NCBI GenBank assembly: GCA_027366035.1
Contig: DAHXLK010000017.1
Span: 8,137 to 72,136 of the forward strand
Source: Chlamydiota bacterium
GTDB lineage: Bacteria; Chlamydiota; Chlamydiia; Chlamydiales; SM23-39
Direction: 5' to 3'
Length of the DNA: 64,000 nt
In this document: positions 1 through 9,656 of the stretch, in pieces
Position numbering within the stretch: the stretch's first letter is position 1
Layout: each line of letters starts with the position of its first letter
The notes under the pieces: model-generated
What the model saw: only the letters and a program-made list of their open reading frames with translations
Told to the model about the DNA's origin: nothing
Database searches by the model: none
Made by a program: the position numbers and the translations under genes

Positions 1-176
1 TCTGCGCAGTAGCTGTTGATCCACTTCTGCAACTCCATTTTCTCCTCTTGAGAGAGCTTTTCTACCCCTGTCCGCTTTTGGTCAGAAGGGCTCATAAAAT
101 TATCAAAGGAGCTATCGGGGTCCATTTTATAAGCAAATAATAAAAAAGCGATGAGGAAGGGATATGTCATATGCAT
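1..176 (-). CDS. 5' part of an unidentified ORF running off the left edge (MHMTYPFLIAFLLFAYKMDPDSSFDNFMSPSDQKRTGVEKLSQEEKMELQKWINSYCA...)
   Basis: Hand translation of the minus strand from ATG at 176 (or 170). Hydrophobic N-terminus. Open to position 1. Below the size cut-off of the ORF track. Confidence 0.3.
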   Translation of the reverse strand, partial: MHMTYPFLIAFLLFAYKMDPDSSFDNFMSPSDQKRTGVEKLSQEEKMELQKWINSYCA

Positions 177-194
177 GTATTATAAAAAAACAGG

Positions 195-1691
195 TTAGTT
201 ATGGCAAGGGCAAACACTTATAAGCTGTCGTTTGAGCTCTTTTAGGGCATAAGGATGGTGGTCTTGTTGCAAAGATAGCCTTTCTGCCGCCCGGTAATAA
301 CGCCAGGCGGCGGTATAGTCAAAACGTTGCAAAGAAAGGGTGGAGAGGTAGTAGTTGATTAATGGATCATTGGGATCAATGTCTTCATATTTTTGTAAGA
401 AAATAAGGGCCTCTTTTTCTCGGCCCTGCAGAATCCAGCAACTAGCCAGGGCGAGGAGTCCCGAACGAAACTTGGGATATTTTTGTAAGACCTCCTCTAA
501 TTTTTTTTGTTTTGCAAGGATCGATTCTCTCCTTCCGTTCATTTCCATAAAAATCGCTTTAATTCCTTCTATATCTACCTTTTGATCTAAATAGTCGATG
601 ATAAGGGTGTCTGGGCCAAGGGCATAGTCAGGTATTTTATTTTGAATCTTTTGCAAGAGCTCTTTGCCTTTTGCCGGGTTACCGTTTAAAAGATAATTGA
701 ATCCAAGGAGCTGCTGTAACAGGATATCATCGGGTAAAAATAAAAGGGCTTTTTCATACTGCGCTATCGCTTTGCCATACTCTTCATTTTTAAAGCTCAC
801 AGAAGCTTGGTTCATAAAAGCCAGTCCTACGACCTCTTTTAGCGTTCGGATTTGAAGCGTTTTTACTTGCATGCCTAGATATCTCTCACTAGGGACATGG
901 ATCCCTCGAGCCGTCGTTTCGATATTGAGCTCCTCTTTTCCTTCTTCGAGATAGCGGACATAAATGTGTCCCGGAGGTGTAACAGCTTGTAAATTTAGGC
1001 CGAGGCGCTGAGCTAAGCATAAGTAAAGGATCGATACTCCTAAGCAAACCCCACGTCTTTTATCGATGACGGAGGGGAGAAAGGTGTAGACATCGATATC
1101 TTTAATACTTACTGCTTGAGGGGGAAAGCGAAAACGCATCTCATGGAAAATAAAATGGCTAATTGCTCGAATTTTTTCATAAGGAGTTGCTTGTGGAGAA
1201 AGATGGGCTTGGATTTGAAGGGCCATAAGATCTAGTGATGCTTCATAGACCCTCGCTATCTCTAAAGAAGATTCGGCAAGGAGAAGGGCCCTAGCAACAT
1301 CGATCTCATTAGGGGGGAGGAGGAGGATCTCTTCTAATTTGAAGGTTTGATGGCCTTTTAGCATTCGGTTGTGAAGGTGGGAAGAGAGGCGTTCGATCAG
1401 CTCCAGCTCGTTTTCAGAGATCGAAGGGAGGGTGGCCTCCCTTCGATTGACCAAAGCGATGATTGGCTCTAGCGCAATTTCCGGGAGCTCTTGCATCTTA
1501 TAAGAAGGGCCTAAAAGTTTTATAATACGCTCTAAGGCTAATTGCCCTTCTTTTGTTTCCGGATAAAGCCGGTAGAAAGCGAGATTGTGGGAGATCGATT
1601 GGGGATCTAAGGAGGCATATTTGGCTTTGATACGTGGGTTGGAGGGGAAAAAAATTTCGGCAAAGAGGAGGAAAAGGGAGAAGTATTTCAT
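195..1691 (-). CDS. Transglutaminase-like / TPR-repeat protein (SirB1/YchA-like architecture), N-terminal hydrophobic leader
   Basis: 498-aa ORF. Cys...His core motif RRGVCLGVSILYLCLAQRLGL...PPGHIYVRY is typical of transglutaminase-like folds. The C-terminal half is TPR-like (AIAQYEKALLFLPDD, ALIFLQKYEDIDPND). Confidence 0.7.
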   Translation of the reverse strand: MKYFSLFLLFAEIFFPSNPRIKAKYASLDPQSISHNLAFYRLYPETKEGQLALERIIKLLGPSYKMQELPEIALEPIIALVNRREATLPSISENELELIERLSSHLHNRMLKGHQTFKLEEILLLPPNEIDVARALLLAESSLEIARVYEASLDLMALQIQAHLSPQATPYEKIRAISHFIFHEMRFRFPPQAVSIKDIDVYTFLPSVIDKRRGVCLGVSILYLCLAQRLGLNLQAVTPPGHIYVRYLEEGKEELNIETTARGIHVPSERYLGMQVKTLQIRTLKEVVGLAFMNQASVSFKNEEYGKAIAQYEKALLFLPDDILLQQLLGFNYLLNGNPAKGKELLQKIQNKIPDYALGPDTLIIDYLDQKVDIEGIKAIFMEMNGRRESILAKQKKLEEVLQKYPKFRSGLLALASCWILQGREKEALIFLQKYEDIDPNDPLINYYLSTLSLQRFDYTAAWRYYRAAERLSLQQDHHPYALKELKRQLISVCPCHN

Positions 1692-1856
1692 GGGACTGTT
1701 GAAATCTCCGCTTTGTAGTTAAAATTTGAGCCTTGCAAAGCCGGTTTGATTTTTTTGAAAGTGACATATCCTGCTAAGGTATAGGCGCTTTTAAAAAGAT
1801 CAAATCCGGGGAAGCAAGGCTCAAATTTTAACCAAATGGGAGATCGAAACAGTCCC
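1692..1856 (+). repeat. Family-A long-palindrome MITE-like element, copy A1
   Basis: gggactgttgaaatctcc...ggagatcgaaacagtccc terminal inverted repeats. Perfect 18-nt inner IR ttaaaatttgagccttgc (1719-1736) / gcaaggctcaaattttaa (1814-1831). Flanked by the direct repeat TTCAT (1687-1691 and 1857-1861). Confidence 0.9.
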
Positions 1857-1857
1857 T

Positions 1858-3411
1858 TCATAGCAAACTTCTCATAAAATTGGTGAGTTCATTATGGGAG
1901 ATGATGGCCTCTACTTTCGGCAAAAATCGGTAGGTCCAGTTGGTATCTAAGTTGAGGCCGGGGACGTTGATCCTTTCTTGTAGCGGATCTTTATGAGTTA
2001 GCTCTTCAAAAAGGGCTAGGTATTCTTGCAGGAGGTTGATATGAAAAAGAGAAGGGGTCTTATGAGCATCTTGCAAAAGCTTTTCTCGGATATTGCTAGT
2101 ACATTTAGTTTCGTAGCGCCAACTACGGGTGGCGGCAAACTCTTTAGCTTCCAACGGATTATTTTCCCACCACTGGCGAAGGGTTTCACTGTCATGGGTG
2201 GAAACGGAGGTGAGGCTCACCGGATCGTAGTCCCGGGGCTTTATCAAGCTACCATCTTCTTGTTCATAGCGGGACCATCTTGGAATTTTAGTTCCCGGTA
2301 TTCCCAAATCTTTTAAGGTGGCGTAGACCTCTCCGGGGATAGTTCCAAGATCTTCTGCAATAGGGAGCATGTAACTGGATTGTAACAGCATATTGAGCTT
2401 CTCTCTTCCATGTTCAGGCCATAAATAACGATTATTACAGACAAAAGCCCCATCCATTGCTTTTTTCCCCGGAGGTATCCCCCAGATGCGAAAATAGCCT
2501 ACGACATGGTCCATCCGGTAAAGGTGAAACAGTTTTTCCGCTTCCTGCAAACGTCGGGTCCACCAGAAATAATTCCTGTTTTTATGCTCTGTCCAATTGT
2601 ATAAGGGGGATCCCCACAACTGTCCTTGGGCATTGTACATATCGGGAGGGGCTCCGGCGATAAGGTTTACATTGAAAAGATCTCCATGAAACCAGACGTC
2701 GGCACTTTCGAGGCTGACGGAAAGGGGGATATCTCCTTTTAAAAAAACCCTTTTTTCCGTGGCGTACCGTTTTACCTCTTGCATCTGTTCGTAGCAAAGG
2801 TATTGGACAAAGGATTGGAATTGAAGTTCGTCAGCATGGATTTTCATCAGATGAAAGAGCTCTTTTTCTGGTGGTTTTGGGAAGATAGGGTCTTTTTGGA
2901 TTGCTTGAAAAAGGCCATATTCGGTAAGCCACGGATTTTTATGGAAAAAAGCTTGGAAAGCATGGGCATGGTGTAAATTTTTTTGGTGGCGGCGAAAATA
3001 ATCTTTTAGTAGGGAAAGCTTTCGCCTTTTTACTTCAGCAAAAGGGACATGAGAAGAGCGGTTGCAGTCTTGCAGCGCTTTTAGCTTAGATTGTATTCCG
3101 TCTAACTCATAAAGATCGGGAAGTTTGGTGAGGCGCAGGTAGACGGGGTTGAGGGCGCAAGAAGAGGTGGGGTTAAAAGGGCTGGGGTCGAAGCCGGTAT
3201 CGTGGATGGGGAGGAGTTGGATTACATCTAGTCCTATGTGGCGGGCCCAGTCGATGAGAGGTAAAAGGTCGAAAAACTCTCCTATTCCCAGACTTTCTTC
3301 ACTTAAAAGGGAGGCGAGGTGGAGGCAAAAGCCGTGATGGGGATAAACTCCGATCCGGTGCCAGTGGGGGGCGGAGACCTTAGAAGAGAGGAGGGTGGGT
3401 AAATAGCTCAT
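1858..3411 (-). CDS. malQ: 4-alpha-glucanotransferase (amylomaltase, GH77)
   Basis: 517-aa ORF with GH77-typical segments (LPIHDTG, HLYRMDHVVGYFRIW, PIAEDLGTIP, STHDSETL). Position next to the T3S chaperone/copN as in Chlamydia. Confidence 0.9.
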   Translation of the reverse strand: MSYLPTLLSSKVSAPHWHRIGVYPHHGFCLHLASLLSEESLGIGEFFDLLPLIDWARHIGLDVIQLLPIHDTGFDPSPFNPTSSCALNPVYLRLTKLPDLYELDGIQSKLKALQDCNRSSHVPFAEVKRRKLSLLKDYFRRHQKNLHHAHAFQAFFHKNPWLTEYGLFQAIQKDPIFPKPPEKELFHLMKIHADELQFQSFVQYLCYEQMQEVKRYATEKRVFLKGDIPLSVSLESADVWFHGDLFNVNLIAGAPPDMYNAQGQLWGSPLYNWTEHKNRNYFWWTRRLQEAEKLFHLYRMDHVVGYFRIWGIPPGKKAMDGAFVCNNRYLWPEHGREKLNMLLQSSYMLPIAEDLGTIPGEVYATLKDLGIPGTKIPRWSRYEQEDGSLIKPRDYDPVSLTSVSTHDSETLRQWWENNPLEAKEFAATRSWRYETKCTSNIREKLLQDAHKTPSLFHINLLQEYLALFEELTHKDPLQERINVPGLNLDTNWTYRFLPKVEAIISHNELTNFMRSLL

Positions 3412-3815
3412 GGTGTCGGCAGGTGGCCCGATTCTATCCCCTTTTTATAAGAGATGGCCTTAGGAACTATCTCAAAGAGAAAGTCGGCTAGTTTTCTTCC
3501 ATTTATAGTATCTATATCAAAAGTTTCAAAGAGGAGAAGCTCATTTGCAAAGATATTGTAACCAAAGGTCCCGATCCGGGGATAGAGATGGTTTGCTTGT
3601 AGGGTATGTGTCAGGACATTTTCCCGAAATTTCCCGGGGGGGATAGTGCCGATAAAGGCTCCTACGATAAGTCTTTGCTCCATCTTTTCTAATTCGATTT
3701 GTATCCGGAGGGTCCCTTCTATCATGAGGGTACAGCTATTTTCGCTATCGACATAAAGTGGAATGTCGATCATTTTTCCAAGTTCTATAAGTATCTCTTG
3801 TAGCCTTTCTGTCAT
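3408..3815 (-). CDS. Type III secretion chaperone (CesT/SycE/Scc1-like), partner of CopN
   Basis: 135-aa acidic ORF. 4-nt overlap with both neighbours. Occupies the position of Scc1/SycE (CT088) between malQ and copN. Confidence 0.7.
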   Translation of the reverse strand: MTERLQEILIELGKMIDIPLYVDSENSCTLMIEGTLRIQIELEKMEQRLIVGAFIGTIPPGKFRENVLTHTLQANHLYPRIGTFGYNIFANELLLFETFDIDTINGRKLADFLFEIVPKAISYKKGIESGHLPTP

Positions 3816-4957
3816 GACTCGCTATCTAACTCATCTTCTAATTCTTCTAAAGCCTCTAAAAAAATATCCAACACATCTTGTTTGTGTTTATTGTTTCTAT
3901 AAAGTTTTGGGGCTACCTGTCTAATGGCATCCCTCATTTGGGTAAAAAGGATGATTTTTCCAATCGTTGTAGAGCTGACCCCTAAAAGGGAAGATATTTG
4001 TAAGATTTTATCTATGGAAACATATTTTTCTTGCAATAGTTTGAGAAACTGCTTTGCTAAAAGCTCAAAGGTTACGTCAGCAGGGGCTACTTGATGAAAA
4101 CTTAAAAACTGATTGTGAATCATCTTCATCCGAGATTCAAAAAAAGTGTAGACGCCTAGTATAGCTTGTAAAGTTCTGGTATCGCCTACTAATTTCTGTA
4201 ACTCGGGGCGTGAGATCGACGGCCCTTTTGATTTGATATCGCTGCCGAGCGAATGCAAAAAAAAGTCGACAACTGTCTTTAATTTTTCGAAAGGAAACTG
4301 GGAAAAGAGCTCTTGAAAGAGCTGCTGGGGATCTCTAGGAGAGCCGGTAATATCTCGGTACATATCGCGAAGGGCTGTCGGAGAACCAAGTCCTTTTGAG
4401 GAGAAGTCTAGCGCTTCTTGCTTAATGTTTCTTCCGGCCCGTATTTCCCTTCCATAAGATCGGTTGAAGGCATCTCTTGCTATCTGCAAGTTTTCTTGCA
4501 ACCTTCCTCCTGTCGTTTCAATTAAAAACTCTAGAGCTTCGTCAGCAAGAGAGTAGTCGGGGTAGATTTCTAGGACCTTAGCTAAAAGTGATTCGGGGGT
4601 ATCATTTTGAGATACCCTAGAAAGGAGGAGTTGTAAAGTTTTCGATTGAAACTCGGGATTACGGTCGGAAAATTTGGCAGCGGCATCTTCGGCTTGTTTT
4701 TTCTCTTCTACGATAACTTTGCCCTCTTCGCCATCGTCTTTTTTAGCTACTTTTGGTACCGGTTTTTCTTTTTGGAGCTCTTCTAAAGTTCTTTTAAGCA
4801 TTCCTGCCGGAAGGATCACCCCTTTATTTTCTACCCAATCCTCTAATTTCTCTCGGGAAGGAATTTGATTTGCGTTATGAGAATTTAGGGATTGTTTGGG
4901 AGCGATTTTTGTCGTTTTTATCATGGAATGGGGGATGGGGGTGGGCTGATCGACCAT
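3812..4957 (-). CDS. copN: T3SS gatekeeper SctW (CopN/LcrE family)
   Basis: 381-aa ORF immediately downstream of sctV. Size and position of chlamydial CopN. C-terminal helical HrpJ/YopN-like region. Confidence 0.8.
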   Translation of the reverse strand: MVDQPTPIPHSMIKTTKIAPKQSLNSHNANQIPSREKLEDWVENKGVILPAGMLKRTLEELQKEKPVPKVAKKDDGEEGKVIVEEKKQAEDAAAKFSDRNPEFQSKTLQLLLSRVSQNDTPESLLAKVLEIYPDYSLADEALEFLIETTGGRLQENLQIARDAFNRSYGREIRAGRNIKQEALDFSSKGLGSPTALRDMYRDITGSPRDPQQLFQELFSQFPFEKLKTVVDFFLHSLGSDIKSKGPSISRPELQKLVGDTRTLQAILGVYTFFESRMKMIHNQFLSFHQVAPADVTFELLAKQFLKLLQEKYVSIDKILQISSLLGVSSTTIGKIILFTQMRDAIRQVAPKLYRNNKHKQDVLDIFLEALEELEDELDSES

Positions 4958-4964
4958 ATTTTTT

Positions 4965-7091
4965 TTAAGTTAACTGTATCCTGCCTAGGGGTTGGATGCG
5001 TATTTCAGGGACGATTTCTTGATAGGAGACGACGGGAAGATCGGGAAATTCTCCTTCGATCAATTTTCTTACAAACCGTCGGATTTCGATAGCAGTGATT
5101 ACAACCGGAGGTTGTCCTCCCGAAGGGGTGGGGACGATAGTATTTCTTATCGAGTTTAAAATGAGCTGGGTAGCATCGGGATCGAGTGCTAAATACGAGC
5201 CTGCCGATGTCTGTTTAATCGATCCCCGGACCATATCTTCGATTTCGGGGTCTAACACATAGACCGAAAGGACCGATTGTCCTTGTGAATATTTGTAGGA
5301 GATATAGCGTTTTAAAGTGGAGCGGACGTATTCGGTAAGTAAGACGACATCTTTTTCAGCTTGGGCCCATTCAGATAAAGATTCTAAGATCGTTCGAAGG
5401 TCTTTAATCGATATCTGCTCTTGTACTAGCCTTCGTAAGATATCGGTCAATTTCTGCAAAGGGACGAGGCGGGTTACCTCTTTGACCAGATCGGGGAACG
5501 ATTTTTCTATGAACTCTAAGATGGCCCTTACCTCTTGAATCCCGATAAATTCGGCAGCATGTTGCCGGTAAAATCTAGAGAGATGGAGGATGATTACTTC
5601 TATTGCCGTCCAAAATTTCATCCCTCCTTTAGTAAGGACCTCTTGATACTGGATGGGGACCCAGAGGGTGGGCATGCCAAGGGAGCTTTTAGAGGGGATA
5701 AAGGGGACATTATATCTTTTCAGAGCTTCTTCCGCTTCATTGGTAAGAAGATGATTTAAAAGGATTTTTCCTCTGGTAATGGGGACTTCATTTAGGTGGA
5801 TAGCATATTCATCAGGCTCTAAAGAGGGCGATTCAGTCCTCACATGGACACCCGGAAATCGTACCCCCAGTTCGAAGTAAAGCGAGTGGCGCATTTTTGG
5901 GATCATCTGGTCGATAAAGGAAAGTCCCCCTTTTTCTTTTCGTATAAGGGCAGATAAAGCGTTACCCACCTCTAAGACGATCGGTAGGGTGAGAGTATAT
6001 TCATCGGTGCCCCCTGTTACAATGGCATGACCCTCGACATCGGTCTCTACTGCTGTCATGCCGGCAACTGCCTTTGCTGCCGCTTTTTTCATATTAGCTT
6101 GGACGACAAAACCTAAAGCGGCAGTACCTGTTGCTAGGATAAAAAAGGGGGTGGCCGGAAAGCCGGGGATAAAAGCCATGAGGAATAAGACCCCTCCGGA
6201 GATGAGGAGGGCTTTTGGTTGTTTTAGGATCTGATCCGAAATCTCTTTTCCAAGGTGGGCGTCTTTTCGGTCACTAGAGACCCGTGTCGTTACAATGCCC
6301 GCGGTGATGGCAATCATCAAAGCGGGGATTTGGGAGACAAGGCCATCGCCAATGGAGAGGAGGGAGTAGATCTTCACTGCTTGCCCTAGAGTCATCCCCT
6401 GCATGGCGACTCCGATGATTAGCCCTCCGACTATGTTGATAATAGCGATGACGATACTTGCGATAACATCTCCTTTAACGAATTTCATGGCACCGTCCAT
6501 CGCGCCATAGAGCTGACTTTCTTTGGTAAGGCCGAGCCTTAGTTCTCTAGCTTGATGGGTATCGATGACTCCCGAGCGGAGATCGGCGTCGATAGACATC
6601 TGTTTTCCAGGCATGGCGTCTAAGGTAAATCTGGCGGCCACTTCGGCGACCCTTTCGGCCCCTTTGGTGACCACGATGAATTGGACGATGGTGATGATTA
6701 AGAAGATGATACCGCCGACTACATAGTTGCCCCCTACAACGAAGTGGCCGAACGAGAAGATGATCTTTCCGGCGTTGTGGTGGAGTAAGATTTGCCGTGT
6801 CGAGGAGATGTTGACACCTAAACGGTAGAGGGTAGTGATAAGTAGAAGGCTTGGAAAGATCGACAATTGGATAGCTTTTTGGATATATAGAGCTACAAAA
6901 ATGAGGCAAACGGAAACCATGAGGTTGATCGAAATGAGGATGTCAATGACGTGTGGGGAGACGGGGAAGATCAGCATCATAATGATGCAGATGATGACAA
7001 ATGCTAAGACGAGGTCGCTGGAGCCTGAGACGGTACGTAAGGCCCTGTCTCCTCCTAAAAATTTAGCTAAGCTTTCTAAAAACTTATTCAC
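4965..7091 (-). CDS. sctV: T3SS export apparatus protein SctV (CdsV/LcrD)
   Basis: 708-aa ORF. N-terminal polytopic FHIPEP domain (FVVGGNYVVGGIIFLIITIVQFIVVTKGAERVAEVAARFTLDAMPGKQMSIDADL) plus a cytoplasmic C-terminal domain. Confidence 0.96.
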   Translation of the reverse strand: MNKFLESLAKFLGGDRALRTVSGSSDLVLAFVIICIIMMLIFPVSPHVIDILISINLMVSVCLIFVALYIQKAIQLSIFPSLLLITTLYRLGVNISSTRQILLHHNAGKIIFSFGHFVVGGNYVVGGIIFLIITIVQFIVVTKGAERVAEVAARFTLDAMPGKQMSIDADLRSGVIDTHQARELRLGLTKESQLYGAMDGAMKFVKGDVIASIVIAIINIVGGLIIGVAMQGMTLGQAVKIYSLLSIGDGLVSQIPALMIAITAGIVTTRVSSDRKDAHLGKEISDQILKQPKALLISGGVLFLMAFIPGFPATPFFILATGTAALGFVVQANMKKAAAKAVAGMTAVETDVEGHAIVTGGTDEYTLTLPIVLEVGNALSALIRKEKGGLSFIDQMIPKMRHSLYFELGVRFPGVHVRTESPSLEPDEYAIHLNEVPITRGKILLNHLLTNEAEEALKRYNVPFIPSKSSLGMPTLWVPIQYQEVLTKGGMKFWTAIEVIILHLSRFYRQHAAEFIGIQEVRAILEFIEKSFPDLVKEVTRLVPLQKLTDILRRLVQEQISIKDLRTILESLSEWAQAEKDVVLLTEYVRSTLKRYISYKYSQGQSVLSVYVLDPEIEDMVRGSIKQTSAGSYLALDPDATQLILNSIRNTIVPTPSGGQPPVVITAIEIRRFVRKLIEGEFPDLPVVSYQEIVPEIRIQPLGRIQLT

Positions 7092-8158
7092 TTAAAGAGC
7101 TCCATATTGACATCGGTAGCCTCTTCCAGAGATTTGACCCATTTCAAGATTTCCGCAATCGCCTGATAGGTGTCTTCAGGGATATAGTCGGATATTTTCC
7201 CTTTATAGAAAAGGGCCTGAGCTAACTCTGGATTTCTCATAATAGGGATTTTCAACTCCAGCCCAATCCGGATAATTTCTGATGCGATCTCTCCTTGTCC
7301 CATAGTTAAGATCATAGGAGCCGGATCTTTTTCCTCATAGCCTAAAGCGACAGCGATATGGGTAGGGTTGGTTATGATGGCCCTTGCCCTCCTTGCGGCG
7401 GAGGGCCCTTCTTGGTAGGCGATCTCTCGGAAGGCCTCCCTCCTCCTCCCTTTGGTCAAAGGGTCTCCTTCGGTATCTCGATATTCTTGTTTGACCTCAA
7501 ACTTTTCCATCATCATCTCTTTACCAAAGACCCGTTTTTGGAAGGCTAGGTCGAAAAGACCGATGATGATAAAGAGGATCCCCACCCTAATCGTTACTTT
7601 GATAAGAAAATCGTTAAGGACATAAGCCCCTCCGATAACCGGCATGGTGACGGTGGTAAGCACTTCGGGTACCATATTCCATATCACAAAGTAGATAATA
7701 ATAGCCGCTGCGGTAATCTTGACGATCGACTTTATCAGCTCTATTAGTGTCCGAATTTTGAATTTTTGCTTGATCCCTTCGATCGGATTTAACCTTTTAA
7801 ATTCAAACTTTATCGCTTCAAAAGAAAATACAGGACCTACGACGATGAAGCTGGCAAGAATGCCGATGAAAGTAACGACGACGACAAGTGGTAGCGACAC
7901 TTCTAATATGATTTGTAGGGTGTAGAGCATATAGCCGGCGGCTTTGGTAGCAAAATCTCCTTTAGTGCCGGCTTCTTTAAACATCAAGATAATGAAATTG
8001 CCGAGCTCGCGAAAAAAGTATCCCGATAAGAAAAGGGTGCCTACAATCGCTACTACGAAGGTAAACGCAGAAGGAAAATCTTGCGATTTGGCGACCTGCC
8101 CCTTTTTCCTCGCATCGCGAAGCTTCTTCGGTGTCGCCTTCTCCGTTTTTTCTGCCAT
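7088..8158 (-). CDS. sctU: T3SS export apparatus switch protein SctU (CdsU/YscU)
   Basis: 356-aa ORF. Start MAEKTEKATPKKLRDARKKGQVAKS. NPTH autocleavage motif (AIITNPTHIAVAL). Confidence 0.96.
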   Translation of the reverse strand: MAEKTEKATPKKLRDARKKGQVAKSQDFPSAFTFVVAIVGTLFLSGYFFRELGNFIILMFKEAGTKGDFATKAAGYMLYTLQIILEVSLPLVVVVTFIGILASFIVVGPVFSFEAIKFEFKRLNPIEGIKQKFKIRTLIELIKSIVKITAAAIIIYFVIWNMVPEVLTTVTMPVIGGAYVLNDFLIKVTIRVGILFIIIGLFDLAFQKRVFGKEMMMEKFEVKQEYRDTEGDPLTKGRRREAFREIAYQEGPSAARRARAIITNPTHIAVALGYEEKDPAPMILTMGQGEIASEIIRIGLELKIPIMRNPELAQALFYKGKISDYIPEDTYQAIAEILKWVKSLEEATDVNMELFK

Positions 8159-8272
8159 ACCAACTACAGCCTATCGAAAGTGGGGTAAAAAGCAAATCGA
8201 TTTTGCTCGTAATGTTTTCCTTGTACGCAAATTTTCTTTTTGAGATAGTCACCTCTTTTTTCGAAAAAAAGT

Positions 8273-8971
8273 ATGCAAGAAGTATATGATGTCCCGTATA
8301 AGCCTTATGATTTGGTGCAGTCGGGCTATCTTCATGGGATTTCCAAACATCCGGACCTTCCACTTGTCGATCTCTTTCATCTGATGCATGCTATCTATAA
8401 AAAAGAAGTGGGGGCATACATAAGAAAAAAACTTCCCAACTATAAACTTCTAGCTATAGATAGACCTAAGCCTCGTGGAATTAAGGGGTGTATCGAAGGA
8501 GGCTGGAAGATGATTTTAGTTAGAAATAACATAACTAGCGAGTGTATTGCCGTCTGGTCCGGTGTGGATAATTGGGAGACCGATATTATAAAAACAATCG
8601 TGTATTCATTTGCTGCCCCCGAGGCGTTAATTCAAGAGATGGGGAAATGTTTAGAGCATTGGCAAGAGAAGTTTGGATATATTGGAGTGTTTTTAGGGCA
8701 TTCATTTGGAGGATATTTTGTCTCAAGGGTAAAGCCGGAGAGTGAGTGGCCCGGAAGGTGGAGGATTACTGTCAACGCCCAAGAGCCTTTGTACGAGGGA
8801 AAAAGTCTCCACTTCCGATGTCAAGGAGACCTCCTTTCCTGGGTACTTAACAGTAGAAAAAAATATTGGACCCTGGAAGATGGTTCAAAAGGCCACAGTA
8901 TCAAAGATCTATACCATGTGATCCGAGATGAGGGGATTACTTGGGAGACTATTATACTTCGCCACTCTTAA
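8273..8971 (+). CDS. Hypothetical protein with class-3-lipase-like alpha/beta-hydrolase motifs
   Basis: 232-aa ORF. Nucleophile elbow GHSFGG. Upstream IAVWSGVDNWETD resembles the lipase_3 'AFRGT..W..D' block. Later QGDLL and GHS..DLYH are possible Asp/His. Confidence 0.5.
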   Translation: MQEVYDVPYKPYDLVQSGYLHGISKHPDLPLVDLFHLMHAIYKKEVGAYIRKKLPNYKLLAIDRPKPRGIKGCIEGGWKMILVRNNITSECIAVWSGVDNWETDIIKTIVYSFAAPEALIQEMGKCLEHWQEKFGYIGVFLGHSFGGYFVSRVKPESEWPGRWRITVNAQEPLYEGKSLHFRCQGDLLSWVLNSRKKYWTLEDGSKGHSIKDLYHVIRDEGITWETIILRHS

Positions 8972-9374
8972 AAAGAGGGTGGACGATCGAACAGATTGTC
9001 TGATAGAGGACAGAAAGAGCCATAGGATCTTTACAAGATCCAACAATACCTCCAATCACAACTCCACAGGTGGTTCCTATAACTGTGATAAAAGGATCAT
9101 GAATAGCTCCACCGATTAAGCGAGAAAAGAGGTAGCTACCGCCTACTGTGGGGATTAAGATCGATGCGAGGATTGTTGCCGATGTTAAAATTTTTCTTAC
9201 GGTAGAGAAGCTATCATATTTTTCCCAGTCGATATCTTCCTCTGGCTTTTGAGGGTAAAGCTTATCTATTAATTTATCTGCTAATGTATTAGTTAAATAA
9301 ATGCTGGTAGCGTTAATACCCGTGATAATAAACGGTGTAAAAATTCGTACTGCGAATAATCCTATAGTTGCCAT
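8952..9374 (-). CDS. Small Gly-rich integral membrane protein, unknown function
   Basis: 140-aa ORF with about 3 hydrophobic segments (FAVRIFTPFIITGINATSIYL, ILTSATILASILIPTVGG, ITVIGTTCGVVIGGIVG). No recognisable family. Confidence 0.45.
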   Translation of the reverse strand: MATIGLFAVRIFTPFIITGINATSIYLTNTLADKLIDKLYPQKPEEDIDWEKYDSFSTVRKILTSATILASILIPTVGGSYLFSRLIGGAIHDPFITVIGTTCGVVIGGIVGSCKDPMALSVLYQTICSIVHPLFKSGEV

Positions 9375-9458
9375 AATGTTTTTAAGTTTATCATAGATTG
9401 CTATTTTTTAAAAATAGAATTAAAAATTTACTATTGGGTTTTATGAAAAGTCAGTAAA

Positions 9459-9624
9459 GGGACTGTTGCAATCTTTAGCTTTGCCGTTAAAATTTGAGCC
9501 TTGCAAAGTCGGTTTGATTTTTTTGAAAGCGACATATCCTACTAAGGTATAGGAACTTTTAAAAAAATCAAATTCGAAGAAGCAAGGGTAAAATTTTAAC
9601 TAACCGGGAGATTTCAACAGTCCC
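9459..9624 (+). repeat. Family-A element, copy A2
   Basis: Full-length alignment to A1. Flanked by the perfect direct repeat GTAAA (9454-9458 and 9625-9629). Confidence 0.9.
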
Positions 9625-9656
9625 GTAAATAGTAAAATTTTTATTCCGGTAGCATG

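Noticed and set aside
1498-1767. ORFs beginning MSLSKKSNRLCKAQILT... or ending ...FLK(A/V)TYPTKV. They occur at 1498-1767, 20783-21127, 20766-20963, 25318-25578 and 60613-60813, which suggests a repeated small protein.
   Set aside because: They are translations through the family-A palindromic repeat in either direction. Similarity stops at the repeat borders. They lack SD sequences and run into neighbouring genes or antisense regions.
1737-1813. A promoter-like TTGAAA ... TATAGG pair inside the family-A core. It would make the flipped core an invertible promoter.
   Set aside because: The spacer is about 19 nt and the -10 match is only 4 of 6. There is no consistent orientation relative to downstream genes across copies. 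This remains speculation to be tested only by TSS mapping.
8159-8272. The divergent sctU / lipase-like intergenic region, examined for repeats or T3SS promoter motifs.
   Set aside because: I could identify no repeat, palindrome or convincing promoter hexamers by eye.
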